A stretch of DNA of 64,000 nt from Balanoglossus misakiensis (Eukaryota; Animalia; Hemichordata): the NCBI GenBank assembly GCA_040954595.2, contig CM082592.2:2669462-2733461 (forward strand), read 5' to 3'. A model generated the notes under the pieces. The model saw nothing but the letters and a program-made list of their open reading frames with translations. It ran no database searches and was not told the DNA's origin. Of this stretch, positions 24,684 to 35,244 are shown in pieces; the stretch's first letter is position 1, and each line of letters begins with the position of its first letter. The translations under genes and the position numbers were made by a program.

Positions 24684-24725
24684 TCAGGGGTAGCCATTTT
24701 GAAAAGTCGACGCAATCAGGGGGCC
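24684..24725 (-). CDS. msi: Musashi last coding exon: GPLIASTFQNGYP*
   Basis: Branch-like GCTGAC, a pyrimidine tract and TTTTAG acceptor; phase 0 matches the upstream donor. The peptide matches the vertebrate MSI1/2 C-terminus GPLIATAFTNGYH. Confidence 0.92.
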   Translation of the reverse strand, partial: GPLIASTFQNGYP

Positions 24726-25601
24726 CTAAAATGGGTACAGGGGGAGGGGGAAAAGCGCAATGTCAGCACACGTTTACTTTAAACTACATAAGCACTCAAA
24801 TGGACACAGCAAAATGTGCAAGTAAAACAAGACCACACCCACTACCCAACAATGATAGAAAAAAAAGAAAGCCCTAGGTCTATGATATGTAAAGCTATGA
24901 GGGCTGGCCTGTGCTTCACACAGCAATGGTATTTACATGGGCAGTGGGAGAATATGAACGATCATCTAGGAAGCATTTCCCTGTTGATCTCTTTCTTAGT
25001 CTAAATTTGTGAGTGAAATGGGGGTGGGTGTCAAACATCCATGTGATAAATGGCTAAGAATGTTTTCTATGGCTATTACATCCTAACAATCGATAGAACA
25101 CTCATCCAAATGATTCGTGAAATATGAGGAAAATGTGATTATATATAAATATGAATATCTGCAAGAAACAGTGTGAACATCTACATGGTAAATTTCAAAT
25201 ATCTGAAATGAGTCTTTCCAAGTTTTAGACTTGTGTCTACAATTGGAATTCAATTTGTGGAATTCACTCCAAAAAAACATGAACACTATGGAATACAAAC
25301 AAAACACCAATGTAGTGTAAAATTCTACACGTACAGAGGGGATGGCAATTTTCAAGTTCTACCGCTAATCAGCTAATTTCTAAGGTCTAATGACTACAGC
25401 TAACTAGCATCAGTTACAACTGGACCCACCTTAAGTATGTCTGGGTGATAGCAGAGGAGGCTAGATGCAGGCTGGATGGATGTCAGAGAAACAAGGCGTT
25501 CCATCATTCAACATTATACATTAATCAATCCATAATAAAACATAAACCTCACCAATAATGCAATAATCTATATTTTTTTCTCTCTTTTCTACTTTTAACA
25601 G

Positions 25602-25745
25602 GAAGTATTTTACTGGCAAGAGGGTAGTCCAACCAAGGCATCGGTAAGTTTTGCATTTCCCCCTCAGGTTTTTAGAAAAGGTTTTACACCATTGTTTCAA
25701 ACATGTCTACCTAACAATCTTGGTCTGTTGTTGTTTTCATTTCAG
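25602..25745 (+). other. Candidate plus-strand 42-bp exon (25602-25643) and 102-bp intron (25644-25745) of a transcript antisense to musashi
   Basis: Long pyrimidine tract plus AACAG acceptor; G|GTAAGT donor; CTAAC branch motif at 25711-25715; TTTTCATTTCAG acceptor. Confidence 0.4.
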
Positions 25746-27675
25746 ATTTGGAATGTTGTTAGAAATGTGCAAAGCACAGGCACAGCCCTCAATCACATGA
25801 CATGCAAAACACATGCTACTTTCAAATCAAGGACACAGAAGCTTGGCTACACACTATCAATAGAAACAATTCAAACGAAAAAAGTTACCTTCTAAATTAT
25901 ATGAAGTGATGGTGTGTTTTTTGGAAGGGGGCATGAGCAAAGAAAAGAAAGAACAAGCTTTGTTTCAGTGAAATTTGTTAAAAGCACAGGGTTTTGTTTT
26001 GAGTAGAGGAAATCCAAGCCCTTTATATAAAAGGTTGATGAGGAAAATGGGGAAGTCTAGAATGAGTCATTCGTTCATTAAATGTGAGCATTCTACAACG
26101 GGCAAAAGTCTAGAAAGAGTTAAAATTATCAAAACATGCATTAAAAAGTCATGGTAGCAAACTATCATCTTTACAAAGAAACTTATGAATGTGCATGAAG
26201 CCTGTTCTCATGATGGCAATTCAACCCTTTCAACTCCATTTTTAGTTTCAACTCTGTTTTTCGTTTCTTCACCGAGTTGGACTCCATTACTTGGAAATGA
26301 GGTGAAAGGGCTTGTGAAAAGAAACTCCCTCCCTCCCAACCCTCTCTAGGCTTTTTTGACGACATACCTGTGACTGCCAGCTCTCACTTTCCTTGTAGCA
26401 AAGGCCAGATTTAACAAAGTCCATTTTGATCAGTAACACAGTGTGTGTGTTTTCAGTTTATTCCAACCAGAAGAGCCAGCGTTTGTAACAAATAGTTCTA
26501 CTGGGTCAAAGGTCATGTTACAGAAGTCAGCAGCAATGTTTCCTCAAAACTATACATTTCTTTCTACTAAACAGTATTTCAACTTTGTCCGGTGGACATT
26601 TGTATCATATTTTGTGAATAAAATGTCATTCTAAGCTAATGGACCCCACGTAATTTATGATTTTGTGAACCCCCCCCCCCCAAAAAAAAAAAAAAAAAAT
26701 ACACACACAAAAAAAACACATTTATTTCAGGCTTTACAAAACCAGAAAATGGATGGCTAGATACCAGTTCCAAACTACGTACTTATATGAATTCTAGGCT
26801 AAGAGGGTTTCTTTTTTTTTAATTTCGATTTCTAGGTTCAGTCAACTCAAATAACAAACTCTCCAGAAACTGAAACTGAAAGTGGAATGACCGATTTTTT
26901 TCTCTCATAAGTACGTGAAAATGATTTCAGTATAAGGTTTGGATTAGATGTGGGTGATTGATACTAGAATGTTGCAATATTACAAAGCTGCTGGCTCTGA
27001 ACACACCCTGTATTACTACAACAGATTAAATTTTGGATGCCATCATAAGGATTTGGTCCAGATACTCTCTAGGCTGTGTATGACACTAAATGCTTCTCAG
27101 AACTGTGACACGGCAAATGGATATCTAAGCAGAATACACTTACTTTCTTCAACCAATCTACAATTCTCACAGCATATTGTTTAGCAGACAGAAATTGGAA
27201 TGCCTCTAAAATGTGCATATCAGATGAAATTGCGATGACTTTGCAATCAATTACTGATTTTTAAAATTAAGGCAGTGTGTCTCAAAAGTGATGAGAATGA
27301 TTTGTTTGAATGGTTGGAAAATTATCCATTTGCTATAAGGAGTAATTATTGGAGAAAAGAAGTGCACACTACACAATTCAATATTATCAGGGTTACGATG
27401 AAGAAATTTTATTGAGATTTAAAACCATGATTTTACAGAGTATGATCGTGTCAAAGCATTCACAAGTTCTGAGAAGCAAACTCACAGAAAAAAAAAGGAA
27501 ATTTTTTAAAAGGTTAAAATAACAGACTGATTTTTGCGTATAAAATTCTCTGACTGGTTTAAAAACATTTGATGTGTCAATCACAACCTGGAGATTTCAA
27601 AGTGACCACTCAGGCTCGTTATATCACTCGATATCAGGAGTTGATTCAGTAAGCAACCACGTAGGAACCACCTAC

Positions 27676-27878
27676 CGAGCTGATGGTTGGAACAGTGGGT
27701 CCAAAACCAGATGGCTGCGGGCTGGCAGCCTGCAAGTAGCCTCCTGCACTCTCGCCCTGACTGCCTGAATAGATGTCGATGGGTCCAGGACTGGTGCTAT
27801 TAGCTGAGTGGTGGTAGGCTCGGTTGCTGGCTGGTGAGGCCGGCGGTCCAAACGCTTGATGGGCATAGCTGTTCACAA
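27676..27878 (-). CDS. msi: Musashi C-terminal exon (VNSYAHQAFGPPASP...STSPGPIDIYSGSQGESAGGYLQAASPQPSGFGPTVPTISS)
   Basis: TTGCAG acceptor (phase 1) and G|GTAGGT donor (phase 0). SPGP..Y...Y..AASP.PSGF resembles the vertebrate Musashi C-terminal region. Confidence 0.9.
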
Positions 27879-28145
27879 CTGCAACGATGCACAAAATGAA
27901 AAGAATACAAAAAGTTGGAGCGTGTTGATCTGGCAAATATAGTCCGTCCAAAAGTTGTGTCTGGTATTTTGGAGCTGAATGTGTGTGGATATGTTGAATA
28001 TGTTAGAGCTTTAATAAGTTTTCTAGCTAATGCTTAAGCATATATTCTCTGCAGGGTTAGCACAATTCCATAGAAACCTTGCTGCAGTTTTCTAAACAGT
28101 CTGTATTTTTTGAGTTCTTCCTCTTTAATTAATTAATTTATAAAT

Positions 28146-28265
28146 TATGTATGTATGTATGTATGTATGTATGTATGTATGTATGTATGTATGTATGTAT
28201 GTATGTATGTATGTATGTATGTATGTATGTATGTATGTATGTACATGTATGTATGTATGTATGTA
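28146..28265. repeat. (TATG)n microsatellite, ~30 units, in a musashi intron
   Basis: Direct reading of the sequence; source of the MYVC/HTYI ORFs. Confidence 0.97.
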
Positions 28266-28927
28266 CATTGTATGTACAGTATGTGTGTGCATGTGTGTTT
28301 GTGTTTGTCTGAACCAACATGTAGTGCAATCATCATGTTGGATTCTTTTTATAAATACTGCTTTGAGTTCCAATAAATATCTGAAACCAGTCCAATTTAG
28401 CCTCGACAAAGTGCACAGCACTTGCATTGTCTCTCACTGAATCACCCTTTTGCACTTTTGTGGTGCGATGGCCTGCAGCAAGGTTTCTGTGGAGCAGACT
28501 ACCAGGGCTTGTTACTGATGTTTGTCACATGCAAGACATGCATCTCCTTACCTCCTTGTAAAACTGGGCCACATCTGAAGACTTAATATTGTGCAACCAA
28601 ACAACTCCTACATGGAATACAAGTTGGGTTTCTCAACAACACTTTTCATATCATTGTTGGCAAACTGTGTCGTTATCTAAGACTACACAAACTGCCTATC
28701 ATACAGGAGGCGAATTTCCTCTTCAACTCGTTTGAAGTGATGCATTACACACCTGAGCATTTTTAGATTGTTTGGTTGAGGTAATAATGTCAAGGCAAAT
28801 GCTGGTTTCAAATCTCGTGTCATCCTTGGATTTTGTTTTATAAAACAACGATGATTAGCTTCTTCGAGCTTTTAGGAAAAATGAATATATACGTTTGGAT
28901 ACCAACCTTGGTGTGTATAGTCCCTAC

Positions 28928-29122
28928 CATACTCATGCTGGTGCATGGCACTACTTCCATCAGACCTATGCACACGAGGTGCAACAGCCCCTGCAGGAGG
29001 GGCTGGACCCGCAGTGCCATAATCAGCGTAGGAGTATGGAGGTGCACCAGGAGTACGGCGATCACCCACAGGTGGGGCAGCGATAGGCGCAGGCCCAGTC
29101 ATGTAGCCATAACCAGGGAAGC
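28928..29122 (-). CDS. msi: Musashi G/P/A/Y-rich exon (FPGYGYMTGPAPIAAPPVGDRRTPGAPPYSYADYG...HQHEY)
   Basis: TTTCCTAG acceptor (phase 1), GC-rich open frame, donor G|GTAGGG after 28928. An alternative in-phase donor G|GTTGGT would end the exon at 28907. Confidence 0.82.
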
Positions 29123-29216
29123 CTAGGAAATAGGGAGATTGCTTGTTGGTAGACATAAAGCATGCAAATCTAACATTATGTTAATGAACACACACACTAA
29201 CACTGTCACACCATCA

Positions 29217-29359
29217 CAGTCTCCCTTTGACGACAGCAACGTTTAATTACTGTCTCGTGTAATGCCACTATTTTCAAGTGTCTTTCATCAAACAAATAGC
29301 AACAGTGGCATTACATTCGTCAACATAGAACGTGAACCTATGGGTGAAAGCGGAGACTG
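29217..29359. mobile_element. Small degenerate hairpin/MITE
   Basis: Ends CAGTCTCC...GGAGACTG(TA) plus internal IR TGTAATGCCACT/AGTGGCATTACA. Confidence 0.4.
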
Positions 29360-30591
29360 TACGAAGTCAGTGATCGTAAAAGAGATTTGATGGGATGGAG
29401 GGAGAATGCTGAAACAGTTTCACCTGATCTGCCCTTTTTGCTAAATTTGAATTGATGAATTAAGGCCTGTGTGAGGTTCCCTGGTTAGGCCTCGATTGCT
29501 GCACTCCAAACAAACTAATGATTAACCACTACACTACAGTACTTACGTGTCTTTTCATCTTTTAACCCTCTCTCCCCCCTACCTCCCCAGTACAATGGAC
29601 TGACCCACTCTATATATCAGAGCTGTGGGATCAAACCAATGTAAAGGGACGAGCAGGGGAAATCGAGAGGGAACATCAAAGTGTGGGAGCCTGAACTGCT
29701 AGATCTTTGGACTACGTAGTTTGTTATTCTAGACACACATTCCACAATTTCAACTACTATCGTCTAGACAAACATGCAGATCTCGGTAAGAGCACCTCAA
29801 ATTAATCGGTATTTAAACAGCTAATTGTTAGGAGTTGTCAAGTTAGTTGCTGGAAGCAGTGAAGTGTGCATGCAGTCTTTGTTCACTTTTTTTTACAATT
29901 ATTTTGAAAAATTACATCTTAGTGGAATTTTTTTCCTCGACAAATTTGACAAAATTTGTGTTTAGATTTTAAGACCCCTTAAATCCAATCCCAAGATAGG
30001 TAGAGTTTTACGGCTTGGGCAATTGGGATACAAGAATCCTACAGCAAGCAAAATGTTACTGAAGCTAATAATTATATATCATGATATACAGAAAAACTCT
30101 TCTACAAAACTTCACCTGTTATCAACACCAAATACACAAACAGGATTGTTTTACAAAAAAAGTTAAAAACCCTTTACTATAAGAAGCACACAAAACACCA
30201 ATTACTAAATACCAAAGAAGAACAGAGGATATTTGGATACCAAGAAGCTCAGGCACAGCACCAATCAAGTTTTTTTTTTCCATTTTGAGTTCCACAAACA
30301 CAAACATCAACGTGCAAATCCCTTGTTTTGGTATCAAAGTGCAGGCGGATTTTTTTAACAGGATAAAATGAGCAGTTAAAATGCGTGCAACCAAACATGA
30401 AAATTTTGTTGACTTTTTTTTTTTAATGATTAGGGAAGAGAGGCATGGATTTGATTCTAATATGGCAGGTGTGTGTGTGATGGAACTTCAGAGCAGGATT
30501 GAGCCACACAGGTGTTAAAAGCAGCACACTTTTAGACTGCATTAGGTTGGTTGTTGTTTCTTTTTTTTTGAGGTTTTTGTTGAAACTGTAC

Positions 30592-30693
30592 CTGGTGTAC
30601 CAGGGCCATATCCCACATAGCCTCCTCTGGGTCGACCTCCACGGCCGTGTGTGCTACGACCAGCACCGGAGTATGCAGCTGTAACTCCAAACC
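30592..30693 (-). CDS. msi: Musashi RGG-containing exon (FGVTAAYSGAGRSTHGRGGRPRGGYVGYGPGTP)
   Basis: CCCCAG acceptor and CAG|GTACAG donor, phase 1-1, 102 bp, GC-rich open frame between two recognised exons. Confidence 0.8.
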
Positions 30694-33600
30694 CTGGGGT
30701 TAACAGTCAAATGGCAACATTAAATATATGCAATCTTCAAAATAAATATATACTTTGCTGAGAGATTCTATCAGGTAAAAAAGGAACTCTGTGTGTGAAT
30801 AAAGTTTGTCGTCAAATTCGGGTTGAGAGGAGAAAATATTTGCACGTAAACACCACATACGGAGTATAATGACATGCATTCTTGGTATCAAAGATGTCAG
30901 AAGGACCAGACAGAAACAGTGAGCGTTATATAAAGGGAAATGCTTCACAACCAAAACAGACAATACAAATATTTGAGCAGGGATGAGTCGATTAGAAAAT
31001 GGAAAGGTGAAAATTAATAAGATTTGGACACAATCTCTAAGCATGTTTAATGTGATCTACACAGTTCAGTCAAAAATACAACTAACATGTAAAAAGTTGT
31101 TGCATATAAAAACAGTATATGGTGTTAAATGGGCGACATCACATCTGATGCCATTTCCTTGCTACAGATGCACACTTCACTGCATTCAATGGTTAACATT
31201 CGTTATGATATTAATTTGTTTTCTGAACAGGAATAATTCAATCTTGCTGTCAAGTTTAAATGACTGAAATATAATTCCTTGTTAAACTATATTTTTCACA
31301 GTACTGTGGTGTGTCTAGCAAACTGACAAGGCCAGGTCTGTTATGAAGATTTCTTCATCAGTGTTATATTATTACAACACGGCAGAAGAGTATAAGGCAT
31401 GGAATAACGATAAAGTTTTGCAAAGTGCAGTGGTTGTCAGAGACGAGGGCAGTCACATGCCTCTGTTTACCAGCAATTCCCTCCACCCATCAAAACCGTT
31501 ACACTTCAAAAAAAAAGCATGTAAAAATCCAACATTTTGCAAAGAAATTATCCATCACATGCACAAAACTTAGTCTGAATCCCATCACACACTAAACAGG
31601 CAGAGCAGCTGTAACTTGGGCCGATTTTCTTGTGTATCATGTACCCATGGTTTTTTGTTCTTAGTCCTGTACGTAATGTTGGACTACCCGAACATCAACA
31701 GATCTCTACAAAAGGTACATGAATATCAACTGACAAACAGGTCTTACAAACAATGTTTGTCTATTCTACTACTGCAAGACAAAGTGATTCAACATCCTCA
31801 GATGTGAAAAAATGCATTTGTTTAATACACAAGGTCATCACGACACCGGAAAAAATGCCACAAGTTACAGCCAGGCTGCCTTTCATGTTAATTTGACCCC
31901 GTGACCCCAAAGCATACACAACATTTTACTGTCATGGAGGAAAGTAGTGTGAAGTGGAAATGAAATATGGCAAACCACTATCAGCTTGGCACACTCTACA
32001 TGCTGATTAACATTTCATGGCGACAGAATAAGAGGTTGGCTGTTACTTGTACTTTCAATATGACAGTCAATTACAGACTGTATCTGGCAAGCATTAGAGA
32101 TTTACTTCTTTGGTTTGACTGCCTGGCAATGTGCGATTATCTCCGTTTAAAGCTATAAACATGGCCCAAGTTGTGAGTAAGGAAAATTCCTTTCTGGAGA
32201 TAGTGGCTTCAAGATCCCAAATGAACATCACAAACTTTCTCCATGAAGTAATGCTGGGTGCAAACTGTAGTGGACATTCTCAATAAGGCCAATTCAATAT
32301 GAAGGCTTATTAGAAATGATAGCATTTTGGTTTGGTTCAAGGGACTTTTTTTGTTTCACTCAGTATATCATTTGTTGCTTTAATACATTATGCTGAATCA
32401 TTGGTTGTCATAAACTCAACTCACTCTCACATGAGCATAATTCTGGTACTTGTTTTGACTATATTTATAAACCTGTACAACAGCCAATATTAGATGGATC
32501 ATACATGTATGTATCCAGCACAACACAATGGGACATAGCTCACAAAATTATCCAAACTAATGTCAAAAGATGTCAACTTTGTCCCTTTAAGAAGCACTGG
32601 TTTTATAGAGTTTATTCCAACAATGCTAGCAGCATAATATAATGACTTCACCCAACTGCCAAAATATTTGTTTACATTATGGAAATCTGGAAGCCCTTGG
32701 CCAAAGACTGGTTATTTTCATCTTGCAATTGTTATATGCAGTGTGCACGCAATCACACTTAGAATTGGACACGTATCTGGCATTATCCGTAACCCTAGGG
32801 TAAGGCAGTGTCTACTCAGTATAAGATGGTAAAATGAGAGATTGGTTCCAAACACACATACATATACAGCATGACCCCTGACTGACATTTCCCACAATGC
32901 ATTACTTCCAAACAACTTTCTTATTGTGTTATTGATGCCTGCTCACTTTTCAATACAAATTATTTGATTAGTGGCCACTTGCTGGACTATTCCTATGGAG
33001 TGGTAATTTACGTACAGTAGTAAACCAAACAGACAGTTGGTATTATTGCGTGTTTTAGCCAAACCTATCCAAGACATCCCTGATCTAAATATCAATCCAA
33101 ATCAATGATAGGATTCCTTAGTTATGATTATCTCAAACTATTTTTGCATAATCCCAAACACACCGTAAAATCTCGGCTTTAATTTTTTGCTACTTTCCCT
33201 TGATAATGTCATTAAAATATTTACAATCTAAGAACTTGGCTTTTTCAGTTCCAGTATTGATTAATACTTGTGACATTTAATAATTTGCGCAGATGTTAGG
33301 GTGATCATTCATCACATCACATCACATCACACCACATCACATCCCAAAATTCAGAATTTCAGAATTCCCACTTTCCTGAAGGCGATGATTTAATTCTTGC
33401 AAGTTTCACAATCACTCTAAAATAATACTGCTGAATGGTAAGATGTGTACCTCCAATATTCTGTGGCAACACACACACTACAATCTCCATTTCACTATTA
33501 AAATTAATACAATTAAATGAAATCTGTGATTTATACTGTTAATAATCATATTTTTGTAAATTGTGATCTGACAAAGGAAAGCAACTGACCACACACTAAT

Positions 33601-34131
33601 TATTACGGTGTGTATATTTTTAATGAAAAATGTAGCAAATTTGGCAAAAGATAATTTATGCATACCACAAGACATGAGCAGGATGAGTGACTCATGAGTG
33701 GCAGCATCAAATCAGCCATTTTCTAATGTTTCATTTTGAATGAATTATCTCTTCACTGTCTTTTGAGAGAGGTCAAGTAGCAAACACATATGGTGACACT
33801 GTGCAAAAAAGCAGCGTAAAAACTTTACAAGCACACACACAAGAAGTTGTGTACATGTGTTCTTCGTATATTGATCTGACTTGACCTCTCCATAAAGAGA
33901 AGAGAAATAATCTATTCAATATGGATGGCAGAAGTGGCCTGGATCTAGTCTCAGTGTGTGTGAGCACCACAGATTATTGCAGATACAGCTGTGTGTCTCG
34001 GGTTCTATAAGTATGTCCCGTGTTGCGGATGGGCTGTAGTGAGACTTTGTGCAAAACAGTACCCTTGATATTTACAGGCTGCATACTAAAGCTTTGTCAA
34101 AAGTCTCTCCCATAATGGAATGTTGACTCAC

Positions 34132-34215
34132 CTGGAAATGGATATGCAAAACCAGGACCGTATCCGGGATATCCACGACCATAGGCTGCAAAGTTTGGCG
34201 GATACACGGCAAAGT
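34132..34215 (-). CDS. msi: Musashi exon (DFAVYPPNFAAYGRGYPGYGPGFAYPFP)
   Basis: CCAACAG acceptor and CAG|GTGAGT donor, phase 1-1. Resembles vertebrate MSI2 [26 protein letters not shown]. Confidence 0.92.
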
Positions 34216-34907
34216 CTGTTGGACAAACACGGAATTTGGTCAGCAAATTAATCCCATATTTGTGCATAAGTGGGAACCCATCCCCCCTAACACTAATCCC
34301 TCATACCAGTGTTCTACAGTTTAAAAAGTTCTCGGTGAATATATCTACTAACACCCATTAAGCAAATAGATGATGTATGAACCATGATTCAATTGATAAT
34401 GATATTTTGAACATAATGAAATAATGAATTATGGCTGAGAAATGGTGGTGATCATATTTGGCAAACCATAATACTGTAAAACGGGTTATTTTGCGACAGG
34501 AAATTTCTATCACAACTACTTACAAGTTGACAGAATCAATTGAAGCATATCAATTTTTTTAATATCTAAAACACAAGTCTAGACTGAATACATACATACA
34601 TGTACACATACATTTACATTGATGCTCCCTATGTACACATGTCAACATCACGCTGTCGTTCCTTGTATGGTAACTTTGAACAAATCAGTTTATTTTTCAT
34701 TTCACTCTGTTTCTTTTTATGAGTTGATTCTCAACACTGAAATTCCGAAAAAGGTTGAAATCTTGAAGAATGTTAAACAAATAAGCGAGAGGTTGACATG
34801 TGTTTTTGGGAGAGTGTGTGCATGGACCAGATAGACTTCTACATAGCTAATGACAGACAGACCACTGTCACTATACTATATAAAAGATTAAAGGGGATAT
34901 ACGGTAC

Positions 34908-35001
34908 CATACATCCCGTAGGCTCCCCTCATAGCTGCCCTACCACGTGCAATTGCTCCCTGGAACATAACCTCCTTGGGCTGAGCTTTCTTGCATTCCA
35001 C
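34908..35001 (-). CDS. msi: Musashi exon, end of RRM2 and linker (VECKKAQPKEVMFQGAIARGRAAMRGAYGMY)
   Basis: CTCTGCAG acceptor (phase 0); VECKKAQPKEVM is diagnostic of Musashi. The donor is either G|GTACCG (end 34908) or G|GTAGGG (end 34944), both phase 1. Confidence 0.92.
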
Positions 35002-35091
35002 CTGCAGAGCAAACAGCAAAATTTGCAGTTAGTTCTTTGTGAGGGATACCATTCTTTTACAACACTGTCCCCAGTCAGGGCAATGTATTTA

Positions 35092-35244
35092 CTGTAAAAC
35101 AGGAAATTTTCGCAGATCAAAAGAGGCAACGCACGTTCTCGTATTTCACACAAAAAATTTTACGCGACTATTTATTTTAACGTGTTTTTGGCTCTTGCGT
35201 ATTTCACGAAAATTTATTGCTTGCGAAAATATCTCGTTTTACAG
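35092..35244. mobile_element. TA-flanked CTGTAAAAC...GTTTTACAG MITE (Tc1/mariner-type), diverged
   Basis: TA|CTGTAAAAC and GTTTTACAG|TA ends. Interior is similar, in reverse orientation, to 51722-51916. A further end fragment lies near 34472. Confidence 0.7.

Noticed and set aside
26183-26365. Minus-strand 60-aa ORF considered as a Musashi last exon
   Set aside because: No Musashi similarity; the true conserved terminus is at 24684-24725.
28125-28440. Several ORFs with MYVC/HTYI repeats (also 2560-2873)
   Set aside because: Translations of TATG/CATA microsatellites.
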